Origin: Octopus bimaculoides
Lineage: Eukaryota
Direction: 5' to 3'
NCBI RefSeq assembly: GCF_001194135.2
Contig: NC_069005.1
Coordinates: 7,961,232-8,000,560 of the forward strand
Length of the DNA stretch: 39,329 bases
Below the pieces are notes generated by a model. That model was not told the origin of the DNA and made no database searches. It saw only the letters and a program-made list of their open reading frames with translations. Positions within the stretch are counted from its first letter, which is position 1. Each line of letters opens with the position of its first letter. Of this stretch, positions 21,874-32,895 are shown one piece after another. The position numbers and the translations under genes are program-made.

Positions 21874-22532
21874 ATGTATGGGAAGTTGACATAACTTCAA
21901 TGTGTCTCGAGGAATTTGACATAGTTTAAATGTGTGACTGTACTGTACATAAGCCTGAGTAGGTTTGAAAATTGATATGGTTTCAGTGTATGTAGGAAGC
22001 TATTATAATTTGAATGGTGACTGGAAAGTTTTACCAAATTTCAGTGTTTCTGATACCCAGATTCCTCTTCCTTCTGATAATCCCACCAACCTTTGTATAA
22101 TGTAGGGTAACCATGTATCTTCTTTACAGCAAGACACCTGTGCTTGTCACTCTAAAATTCTTTAGCCTTTCAACAACTAGCATAAAGCCACCTTTCTTTC
22201 TACTAGAACTCTACTTGGTTGAAGGAGTTTTTTTCTTTGTCTTGTGAGTTACTTGGTCACTTCACAAACACCTGTCTCATTAAAAAAGAAAAGCACCCAG
22301 TATGAAGAAGAAAAAGAATTGACTAAAACCAAATAGTGGAAGCTCTGTAAAGTGGTTCGGTTTAGAAATGGCATGCAGCTGTAGGAAGCATGCCAAAGTA
22401 GTCAAACACTCAAGGTAGACACTGTCATTCAGTTTGTTGGATCCTGTCAAAACGTCCAACCCATACCAGTGTAAAAAACAGACATTAAATGATAGTGGTA
22501 ATCATGAAGATTAGGACAGCGACACACATCTC

Positions 22533-23035
22533 TCAAATCACCATGGGATTTAGTGGAAATTTGTAATATGTTGAGTGCCAAAGTAGAGGCTCCATTGTTG
22601 GCTTGTAGTCAAGAACGTTTTATCTGGCGGGATTTAAACCTCATATTTATTGCATTGCAGCTAACTATGTTAATAATTACACCACAAGACGCCTCCATAC
22701 TTGTCATTGTCACTGAGCTGCTACCCTTTCCCCCTCCACAATTATTTATTCTTTCATATACTTGACTATTGTACCTGTTTCAAATATTTCATTTATCTAT
22801 CAGTACCACACCCTGATTTTAATTTGCATACTCTCTCTTTCTCTCGGAGCTGGTTTTTATAGCTTTTCATTTAACCTCTGTCCATATAATTGATTGTCAC
22901 CTAAAGTCTTCTGTTAATTCTAGTACTGTTGTTTAATCTATAAAAGCCTTATCTGCTACATTACTCCATGTATGCATTGCTTCTTGTGTGGTTGAGTCAA
23001 TGAGGAAATGTTTAAGTACACCATCTCAGCAATAA
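22533..23035. repeat. Local paralogous block, copy C (no SINE insert)
   Basis: Colinear with copies A and B, but more diverged. Confidence 0.85.
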
Positions 23036-23557
23036 GTCAAAAAGAAAGCCTATCTGTATAATTTGATTTGCTTGTATTAGTAACTAAATCTCTCTTAAAT
23101 CATACAAGGATACATTGGATAATGTTGCTCCAGATATATGAACAAAGGAGATTGTCATAGCCTATGATCAATTTTGAACATAGAACTGCTAGATCAGAGC
23201 TGACTTGAAGCTAAAGAAAACAGGCTGTTCATATTATATTACAATTATAGAAACAATTGGTAAATGATATCAATACAGTTAAAGCATATATAAAGGATGT
23301 TTCAAAAAATCTGATATAATTTGAGATGTAAATATTACAGAAACTACATAGTCAAATCACATGAAACTAAACAGGCTTAACCCATTACCTCCCATAATTC
23401 TATTAACTGGAATTTTTTTAATGAAACTTTGATTTCTAGCATAAAACAGCCTTAGAAACACGCTGGAATGATCAAAATAACTATGTGACACACGAACCTG
23501 TGTCCATTATAACCTTCAAACAGGGGAGGTCAGCCGCTTCCCCTTGCTGGTGTGGCA

Positions 23558-23600
23558 TCTACAGACTAGTTTCAGGTTGTGTGCCCCTTATCAGTGTAGA
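23558..23600 (-). ncRNA. Degenerate minimal type I hammerhead ribozyme (Penelope/retrozyme type)
   Basis: The minus strand reads TCTACA-CTGATAA-GGG(GCACACAA)CCT-GAAA-CTA-GTC-TGTAGA. It has a perfect 6-bp stem I, a 3-bp stem II, a palindromic stem III (ACTAGT) and a GUC triplet. The core has a G8-to-A change. Confidence 0.7.
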
Positions 23601-23605
23601 GCAGC

Positions 23606-23870
23606 CGAACCCAGCAGGCATCGCTACTGACCGTCTGTATAAAGGATTATTTACCTAAATTCGATGGAATACATCCACTGGTTTTCAAAAATAGAAATAT
23701 TAATATTTCTAAGTCTCTCTAAAGGAGACTACGGCAGTGGTATTGGATATTAATAGTTATCGCCAAGCCAACATGGCAGTCCAAAAAATAGGACGAACCC
23801 AGCAGGCTACTGACTTGAAAACCAGTGGATGTATTCCACTGAATTTAGGTAAATAATCCTTCATACAGAC
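23606..23870. repeat. Interlocked direct and inverted repeats
   Basis: 56-bp IR at 23633-23688 / 23815-23870 (3 mismatches). Each arm is preceded by cgaacccagcagg(catcg)ctactgac (23606-23631; 23794-23814). Confidence 0.9.
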
Positions 23871-23914
23871 TACCTGCTTGATAAGAAACTCAGACACTGG
23901 CAATGGATCTGATT

Positions 23915-24294
23915 GACAATCATGGCCTGGATCTCACCAACAAATTCAGGAGTTCTTTTTTTATCAGAATGAGCAGAGTGAGTTTTCCAGGCTGCTGTAC
24001 CTTTGTAATCACCATTAGACTCATCCAACTCTTTTCAAATCCTCTGCACTGTCCTCAGATTGACACCCAAACACTCTGAAATGTTTGTATTGGAGCTTCC
24101 AGCATGAATGCCAAGCAGCAGAGCATATCATTTCCAAATTTCTGGCAGAGTGAATTGCATCATGGTGCTGTTTTTCCCATAGATGGTGCCCAACTGACCC
24201 TACCATACTGTGTAGTCGACAAAATCGAAAACAAACAATGTGCATGGGTGAGATTAAAAATATAAAATGACAACAATTTACCAATCACACCCTG
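23915..24294 (-). mobile_element. Tc1/mariner (maT-like) 5' remnant
   Basis: The minus terminus is TA|CAGGGTG. The frame reads LLGIHAGSSNTNISECLGVNLRTVQRI*KELDESNG...SDKKRTPEFVGEIQAMIDN (HTH region). Confidence 0.7.
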
Positions 24295-24309
24295 TATATT
24301 AGTTTCATT

Positions 24310-24883
24310 ATCATCATCATCAACATTTAACATTTGTTGTCCATGCTGGCATGGGTCGAACAGTTTGACCAGGGCTGGCAAGCTGATATGGCATGGTTTT
24401 TACAGCTGAATGCCCTCCCTAACACCAACCACTCCGTGAGTGTAATGAGTGCTTTTATGTGCCAGCTGCGTGACACCAGTATCTGCCATGACTACGATTT
24501 CATTGCCTCTGTGAGGCCCAATGCTCAAAAGGTATTTTTTATGTGCCACCAGCACTGGTGCTACTTTTGTGACATTAAGCATCAGCCACATTGCCTCCGT
24601 GAGACCCAATGCTCGACAGCTGTTGTTTACATGCCACTGGCACTGGTGCCATTTATGTGACACCAGCATTGGCCACAAATATAATTTCACTTGGCTTGAT
24701 GGGTCTTCTCAAGCTTGGCATATCGCCAAAGGTCTTGGTCATTAGTCATGGCCTCCGTGAGGCCCAACATTCGAAGATTATGTTTCACCCTTCATCCTAT
24801 GTCTTCCTGGGTCTACCTCTTGTGCAGATTCCCTCCACAGTTAGAGATCGGCACTTCTTTACACTGCTGTCCTCGTCCATATG
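24310..24883 (-). mobile_element. RTE 3' end (ORF C-terminus plus UTR)
   Basis: HMDEDSSVKKCRSLTVEG..TRGRPRKT*DE/VKHNLRMLGLTEAMTNDQDLWRYA..EKT.QAK*. The segment tgaggcccaa is reiterated in the UTR, and a (GAT)n tail is present. Confidence 0.85.
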
Positions 24884-25069
24884 CAATAATTTTAAATTAT
24901 TAATTTAAAAAAATATTGGGACAAAGTTTTTAATGACGTTTTAATTATTTTTTTACAATCTGGTAGACATTGTTCAGTTTGAATGTGCAAATGTCACTGT
25001 GCGTATACGCCTGTGTCTCTGTATGTCTATGCATGCATGTGTGTAAAGCCTTAATTACATCAAAATTTT

Positions 25070-25285
25070 ACGTCTGTTGTCCATGCTGGCATGGGTTGGA
25101 TGGTTTGACCAGGGCTGGCAAACTGAGGGTTGCACAGGACTCCAGTCTGATTTAGCATGGTTTCTACAACTGGATGTCCTTTCTAACACCAGCCACTCCA
25201 AGAGTGTAATGGATGCTTTTATGTGCCACTGGCACAAGTGCCATTTGCATGACACCAGTATCTGCCATGACTACAATTTACCACA
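25070..25285 (-). mobile_element. RTE 3' UTR fragment
   Basis: ccatgctggcatgggttgga...cagccactccaagagtgtaatgg. Confidence 0.75.
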
Positions 25286-26129
25286 TGTTTATATCTCTCT
25301 CTCTCTCCTTACAGTTATTACAGAAGAAATTGATCTGTTAACTGTCCGAGTGAACCTGTCAATCCCAGGACTTCATGTGAAGAAAAGTTTCATGCCGTTT
25401 ACGAAACAGAAACCACATAATGCAAAAGTCTCAGTCAAATTTGAAGAAAGGTTTGTATAAACACGTCTCTCTGTCTATGTGTATTTATCATCATCATCAA
25501 CAACAATTTGATCACCTACAAGACTATTAGGCAGCCTCTGTGTTGTCGTCATACAACTTACTAACATTAATAGTTAAACTTACCTCAAAGGGTTGTATTC
25601 CTCTTAGGCATGGAGCCCTATGTCTCTAGGTTCCTGAGCAAAAACATAAATAGTTACATATACAGCACAGTAGTAACAATTGCAGATAAACTAATTGACA
25701 GATTCACAAAAAAATTCAGGAGAACAACAATAACAGGCCTATCTCTCAAATACCATATTTGTCACCCAAATTGCTACTTTCACCAGTTTGATTGTCCAAA
25801 TTATTCTCATTGCTGGCGTAAATGTAAACACTTTGGAGAATAAATATTGTCAATTATTTCCTCAACTGCAAAGATTCTAGTCTTTGCTCTTTTACAAAAT
25901 AAGTGCTAGGTTTATCACATGCTTGTTTCATTGCAACAAAAATCTGTTTATTTTTTTATTTATTAAAGACAAAAGTAACAGCTAAGGGGGACATCATTAA
26001 CAATGACTCATAAACACATTTGACTACAAAACTGCAACATTGATCAGTTGTTTATTTTTAGTATGTTGTCTTCTTTTTCTGTGTGTGCTGTTCATAATAG
26101 CTTTAGCAGGAATCCAGCAGAGGTGATGT

Positions 26130-26751
26130 TTAATCCTTTCATTACCAGCCTGGCTGAAACTGGCTCTGGCTCTGAGTACAAATGTCTTGTTTTCATAAGT
26201 TTTGAATTAAAATCTTCCACCAAATCTTAGTCACAATTTATGTTCCTAACACTAGCTGAGTGATAACTAAATTATTTTACTAAATTCTTTGTTATATTTA
26301 AAGTAATTGAAAGAAACACAAAGCATTTCAAAATAAATACAGTAATAGGCGTAGGAGTGGCTGTGTGGTAAGTAGCTTGCTTACCAACCACATGGTTCCG
26401 GGTTCAGTCCCACTGCATGGCACTTTGGGCAAGTGTCTTCTACTATAGCCTCGGGCCGACCAAAGCTTTGCGAGTGGATTTGGTAGACGGAAACTGAAAG
26501 AAGCCCGTCGTGTATATGTATATATATATATGTATGTTTGTGTGTCTGTTTGTCCCCCCAACATCGCTTGACAAACGATGGTGGTGTGTTTACGTCCCCG
26601 TAACTTAGCGGTTCAGCAAAAGAGACCGATAGAATAAGTACTAGGCTTACATAGAATAAATCCTGGGGTCGATTTGCTTGACTAGAGGCGGTGTTCCAGC
26701 ATGGCCGCAGTCAAATGACTGAAACAAGTAAAAGAGTAATGAAAGGGTTAA
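26130..26751. mobile_element. piggyBac-like MITE family 2 containing a nested SINE
   Basis: TTAA-tcctttcattac ... gtaatgaaaggg-TTAA ends. The internal sequence matches 36588-36815 in the opposite orientation. Confidence 0.8.
26347..26734 (+). mobile_element. SINE family A, young, with 6-bp TSD
   Basis: agtaat occurs at 26341-26346 and 26735-26740. Confidence 0.9.
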
Positions 26752-27132
26752 GCTATTTCCACTATCGTAGGAACACAGCATGACAAGATGACAGGGTTAA
26801 AAAATAAATGTAAGGACACATTGGATAATCTCGTTGAATGTACACTATTCTTTAAAGAACTGATGGGATGGATGTGGCTTGAATGATTTTGGTCATAGAT
26901 CTTCTCAAAGCTGACTTGCAGTGAAGCAATAATAATTACATGACATATGAGTCAATAAATTGGCTTTTATGTTGTTGTTGAAGCTACATCTCCCTCAAAT
27001 TACACCTTACCATCATAAAACAGAAGGACATGTCTGCTGATCTTAAGATACACTATTTATGAAGAATATGAGACGGTCAAGGTTAGGAATCCTTTGATCA
27101 TTAAACTGCTGACCAGGGCCTCAAAAATAACA

Positions 27133-27352
27133 TTAGCCTTTAGCATTCAAGCTGGCCACATGCAGCCAAAATATTTAACCTGTTTTATATTAAGGATCTG
27201 GCCTCTAACCTCATCTCTAAAATGTCGTTCTAAAACTAAGCAATCATATCATTGACATCTCTAAACTACAAGATAATGCATAATTAATTAAAAACAATAT
27301 AAATAAACAAACATTACGTTTAACAGAATGATCTGAATAATTAAAGGGTTAA
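27133..27352 (+). mobile_element. piggyBac-like MITE family 1
   Basis: ttagcctttagcattc ... gaataattaaaggg-TTAA. Another 5' end lies at 27707-27743. Confidence 0.7.
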
Positions 27353-27744
27353 ATCATTTGGATAACAGAAACTACTAATTGTGTATTGAACTGCCTTAAC
27401 AGTTCATTCATTTCATTTCTTAGGCTATTGTTGGCTATTCCTATACAGCTATCACAACTGTATATCCCTGCCCCTCTGGCCAATAAATATTTTTAGTGGT
27501 TTGTCCTGACACAAACTGTACCAACATTCTCTACACTCCTCTATCTGTCACAGTGAAAACAAAATACAAAAGACACCCATTCTGTTGGGCTCCAGTCGAG
27601 GACCTTCACCTAATGATACATAAACCATACAGTTCGTTCCTGTTAGGCATAAATCTCTTGTTTCTTATTTTTATCCTATCTCTGTTGTCCAAGCTGCATT
27701 CTATACTTAACCCTTTAGCATTTAAACCAGCCATATCCATCCAA

Positions 27745-27960
27745 AGGCGGTGAGTTGGCAGAATTATTGATGCACTGGACAAAATGCTTAGTGGCAGTTC
27801 GCTTGTCTTCACATTCTGTTTTCAAATTCTGCTGAGTTTGACTTTGCCTTTCATCCTTTTAGAGTCGATGAAATAAGTACCAGTTGCATACTGGTTCAAT
27901 GTATTCATCTAGACCCTACCCCTAAATTTCAGACTTTGTACCTATAGTAGAAAGAATTAT
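27745..27960 (+). mobile_element. SINE family B
   Basis: ggcggtgagttggcagaat...gactttgcctttcatcc...aaataagtaccagttg. Confidence 0.85.
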
Positions 27961-28279
27961 TACATTGTTGTTGTTGTCTTTTGATTATTTGTTCAAAATC
28001 CCTAAATAATATTTTTTTATTTTTTTATTTCTGTTAAATCCATCAGACGGCTTGAAGTGGACGTCATAATAGAAAAGAAAAATGTGAATTATCAGTTCAA
28101 AATTAAAAAGTTACCAGGAGCAATTATCGATTGTGCTGAACAGGTCAGTTTATTTTAGCTAAATAAAATTTCTGTTGTCTTTTTTCAGATGAGGAAATAA
28201 ATATCTTGATGAGATATTTATGTCTTCTTTTTATTTCAAGACATTTGTTTTGGTTTTTGTCTGACACTTGTCTATCTGT

Positions 28280-28354
28280 CACTGTCTACTTGCATATTAC
28301 TCACTGTCTACTTGCATATTACTTACTGTCTACTTGTATATTACTCACTGTCTA
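28280..28354. repeat. 22-bp minisatellite (~3.4 units)
   Basis: Unit cactgtctacttgcatattact at 28280, 28302 and 28324 (variant), with a partial unit at 28346. Confidence 0.9.
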
Positions 28355-28714
28355 TCTATTACTGATTATCACTGTCTCCCTGTTTCTGCTTATAATCGAC
28401 TATTTGTTACTATCTATCAAATCTGTATCACTGGCTATATATCCCTGTCTATCATTATCCAATTATTATTTACCAGCTACTGATGAAGTGCACAGACCCA
28501 GAAATCCTGAGTTAGCGATTCCACCACCACTGCTGGAGGTTTTTCTGCTACTGATATACATCTGTGCTCTCTAGTCTATTCAAGAAGCTCTCTCAAGATG
28601 AATTCTGCAGTTTCATGGCTTTCAATACTATATGCACCTAAGTAAAATATACAAAATATACTATTTTGAACAAATAATGCTTCCATTGCTAATAAGAAAT
28701 AAATAAATACTCAC

Positions 28715-29089
28715 ACACACAGAAGCTTGGTTGTGTGGTAAGAAGCCTGATTCTCAGCTGCAGGATTCTGTGTTCCATCCCACAATGTCACATCTTGCAC
28801 AGATGTCTACTATTACCTCAAGCCAACTGATGCCTTGTAAGTGGATTTGATAGATGGAAACTGAAAGAAGCTTGTCGTACATATATTTATGTATATATTT
28901 GTGTGTGCATCTTTATGTTTGTCTTCCATCACCACCTGACAACTGGTGTATGTGTGTTTATGTCCTCGTAACTTAGTGGTTTGGCAAAAGAGACTGATAG
29001 AATAAGTATCAGGCTTTAACCCTTTTTCTCATGGTGGTGCCCCGGCATGGCTGCAATCCAACAACAGAAATGAGTAAAAGATAAAATAT
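28715..29089 (+). mobile_element. SINE family A, old copy
   Basis: Diverged head, body and tail, directly followed by a young copy. Confidence 0.8.
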
Positions 29090-29500
29090 AGGCGTAGGAG
29101 TGGCTGTGTGGTAAGTAGCTTGCTTGCCAACCACATGGTTCCGGTTTCAGTCCCACTGCGTGGCACCTTGGGCAAGTGTCTTCTACTATGGCGTCGGGCC
29201 GACCAAAGCCTTGTGAGTGGATTTGGCTGACGGAAATTGAAAGAAGCCCGACGTATATATGTATATATATATATATATGTGATGTGTGTGTCTATGTGTT
29301 TGTCCCCCTAGCATTGCTTGACAACCGATGCTGTTGTGTTTACGTCCCCGTAACATAGCGGTTCGGCAAAGAGACCGATAGAATAAGTACTAGGCTTCCA
29401 AAAGAATAAGTCCTGGGGTCGATTTGCTCGACTAAAGGCGGTGCTCCAGTATGGCCACAGTCAAATGACTGAAACAAGTAAAAGAGAGAGAGAGTAAAGA
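29090..29500 (+). mobile_element. SINE family A, young full-length copy
   Basis: Near-consensus and CpG-rich. Confidence 0.9.
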
Positions 29501-29914
29501 GTATAATCAACCATACAGTCCCCCCCTCTCCACATCATTATTCTTATTCTTTCACAGTCACTCACTTAATTGTTTCCGTATGTTTATTTTCTTTCAGTAC
29601 GAAAAAGACAAGATAATTCTTACCCTCACAAAGAAAGCAGAAGAATCCTGGGTAGCCTCTCTTGACGACGGACTGGAAACAGATATATAAACACCTTGAG
29701 TGTTTTAATCAGCGCTGCATCATGGAGGAACAGAATACATTTTATCAAAAATAACTATCCCTAGCTCTATCTATCTATCTATCTATATGTAATGTATGTA
29801 TGTGTGTGTGGTAATTGTTCAGTTTAGTCATATCAAAAAGGTAAATAAAGATTAATGGGGAGATAACTAGTAAAGGGACATGCATAAGTCAACACAAATA
29901 CCGGTTATTATTCA

Positions 29915-30142
29915 TTGGGTTGTCCGGAAAGTTCGTGCCGATTTTTAAAGGAAATAAAAAGGTCAATAAATACTTGCCATTACATTTTAAATCAGCCAAA
30001 TATGAACGATTGTGTTGCACAATGCGTCTCCATCTTTCTTTTAACTTGAAAATACCCTCTTCCCAGAATTGAGGTGGTTTCATGGCAAATAAGTCGAAAG
30101 GTAAGCTACTATAAATCGGCACGAACTTTCCGGACAACCCAA
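29915..30142 (-). mobile_element. 228-bp mariner deletion derivative (MITE)
   Basis: Perfect 30-bp TIR ttgggttgtccggaaagttcgtgccgattt (29915-29944 / 30113-30142), with TA on the right and CA on the left. The interior encodes KPPQFWEEGIFKLKERWRRIVQHNRSYL, a mariner C-terminus. Confidence 0.9.
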
Positions 30143-31160
30143 TACTTTGGAATTGATTAGAATGGCACGTGGAAGACCTGCGGAACCACAATTCATTGTT
30201 CCTGAAATTAAAATCCTCACCCGTGAATCAATTTTGCAATATCACCCAATTANNNNNNNNNNNNNNNNNNNNNNNNNNNNNNNNNNNNNNNNNNNNNNNN
30301 NNNNNNNNNNNNNNNNNNNNNNNNNNNNNNNNNNNNNNNNNNNNNNNNNNNNNNNNNNNNNNNNNNNNNNNNNNNNNNNNNNNNNNNNNNNNNNNNNNNN
30401 NNNNNNNNNNNNNNNNNNNNNNNNNNNNNNNNNNNNNNNNNNNNNNNNNNNNNNNNNNNNNNNNNNNNNNNNNNNNNNNNNNNNNNNNNNNNNNNNNNNN
30501 NNNNNNNNNNNNNNNNNNNNNNNNNNNNNNNNNNNNNNNNNNNNNNNNNNNNNNNNNNNNNNNNNNNNNNNNNNNNNNNNNNNNNNNNNNNNNNNNNNNN
30601 NNNNNNNNNNNNNNNNNNNNNNNNNNNNNNNNNNNNNNNNNNNNNNNNNNNNNNNNNNNNNNNNNNNNNNNNTCTTTTCCAGTTGGCTATCAACACAAAG
30701 CCTGTTGATAGCCAGCTGGAGATGTTGTTTTCGTGGGGCTTACACAACACTAACATCGTCCTTGTATAGGACCGCCACATTCTGTTAGCAAATAAACTTT
30801 ACTATTCGGTACTCTTACTGTAAATCCCACGCTGAGAGATTTAAAACAAGTTGTTTTTCTGTCTGTCTCTCACTCTCTCTATATATAACTATCCAAAGCT
30901 CTGTATGTCTATATACATTTTTATATATGTGTGTGTGTGTGGTGTCATTGACTGCTGATTTTACTAAGTGTTGCTGCTGAATATTGCTGGCATTTATGGT
31001 TTTAGCACTTCAAATTATATCCTCTTACCTGAAGACAGTTGTAGAAATACAATAATATTTCTGACAGAGTGTTGATCTTGTATATTCTTCTGTAACACTG
31101 CCCTGTCAGTGCTTATTGCTTTTCTTAAAACCCAGTATTCTGTTTCTGGTGTGAAATTTC

Positions 31161-32229
31161 GGTGCTAGTATAGTATGCGGTCTACCAAGGTGTCAAACAG
31201 GGGTGTATCTACCTTATCTTTCGGATATTTCCAGGTATTTCAGAGATAAAACACTTCAGATATTTCAGAGATCATTTTTTTTCTTTGGCGATCCTTCGGT
31301 ACTAGAACCCATAACTTCCGATCGTTGTACGCACGCGTACTGAATACATTATCGTATAGTGTGTTTATGTTTTTAAATGACTTGAAAATATGAAAAGACA
31401 ACATTAAATAGAAAAAAAAAAAAAAATGAATGGCCCACTAAACTCAAACCTTCTCCCCTCAGATTCATACAGTTCTCAAACTTTAAACACATAAACACAC
31501 TATACGACAATGCAATCTGTATGCATGCACACAAAAGCATCTAAACATGATCACTCAATGTCCTCAGTGTGTGCTCCGGTCACTGGATCCGCATAATATC
31601 GTTGATGGTTCACTGTCAAATGGTGGTAACCTGTAGCATTTAAATTATTAGAAGCGGGCCACTCATCTGAATGAATTAGTGAACCTTTTTCACATTCTCT
31701 TTCAACAATTAGGATCAGACTGTTCCCGTCACGCCGTTCCACACAAAAGCATCAACAGTCTGATCCTTGTTTGAGACCAAAAATCCTGCGGCCGATCAAT
31801 TCTACGTTCATGGTTCCTGTTGCTTCGTTGTTCTGCATCACTGTCTTCGAAGAGAGGAGCATTGTCACCATTCAGCATTCTTCCTCAATTGTATTTTCGT
31901 CGATCTGAATAAAGTTATCGTTTGTTCCAACCATCTTCCTCGTCGCTCATGATAAACTATGGCCCCACACACCTCGCGGTATATATTGTACCAGTCAGTT
32001 ATTGTATTTTTAGATTTTCCTGTTAGAGTCACTGCTGTGGTCATGGGTATATCCAAGACAAAGAAAAATATTAGTTCTAAAATCTCACTCAGGCTCAGCT
32101 TGCAGTTTAATTTGTTGTTAGTGTCCGTATAATGGAAAAATTGGTTTCCTTTCTTAACTGAACGTTTAAGGTAGATAACTCTGGCTATACTGTTTGACAA
32201 CGTGGTAGACTGCATGCTATACTAGCACC
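31161..32229 (-). mobile_element. Merlin (IS1595/ISXO2-like DDE) DNA transposon, defective
   Basis: GG...CC ends, a ~40-bp imperfect TIR and an 8-bp TSD gaaatttc/gaaatttt. Transposase pieces: DWYNIYREVC, IQIDE, KYN*GR, IFGLKQG, IHSDEWP, HLTVNH...DPVTGAHTEDIE. Frameshifts and CGA-to-TGA-type stops are present. Confidence 0.92.
31347..31512. mobile_element. 166-bp MITE-like inverted repeat nested in the Merlin
   Basis: 31-bp IR cattatcgtatagtgtgtttatgtttttaaa (31347-31377) versus 31482-31512, 2 mismatches. Flanks are TA and CA. Confidence 0.65.
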
Positions 32230-32276
32230 GAAATTTTTCTCTATTACTCATGTTTATAAATATATATATATATATA

Positions 32277-32895
32277 TCTTTTATCTTTTACATATTTCAG
32301 CCATTAGACTGCGGCCATGCTGGAGCACAACCTCAAAGGATTTTTAGTCAAGTGAATCAATTCCAATACTTTTTTTTTTAACCTAGTACTTATTCTATTA
32401 GTCTCTTTTGCTGAATGGCTAAATTACAGGGACGTAAATACACCAACACCAATTGTCAACTGGTCAGTGGGGACATATACAAACATAGATAGATACATAC
32501 ACACACATGGGTCTTCTTTGAGTTTTCCAAATCCACTCACAAGGTTTTGGTCGACCCAAGGCTATAGTAGAAGGCGCTTGTCTCGCCATGCGGGGCCACT
32601 TGCCTTGAAGGGCTTCAGTTGAATGAATCAACCCCGGTACTTATTCTATTGGTGTTTTACACTGAACTGCCAAGTTACAGGAATGCAAACAAACCAACAC
32701 TGGCTGTCAAACAGTGGCAGAGGACTAATGAACAGACATACACATATGTATACACACAGGCTTCTTTCAGTTTCTGGCTACTAAATCTACTCCCAAAGTT
32801 TTGGTTGGTCTGGGGATATAATAGAAGACACTTGCCCAAGGTGCCATGCATTTGGACTGCACCCTGAACCATGTGATTGGAAATCATACGTGTTA
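32277..32895 (-). mobile_element. Two adjacent partial, diverged SINE family A copies
   Basis: Two sets of tail and body motifs (32277-~32590 and ~32600-32895). Confidence 0.75.
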
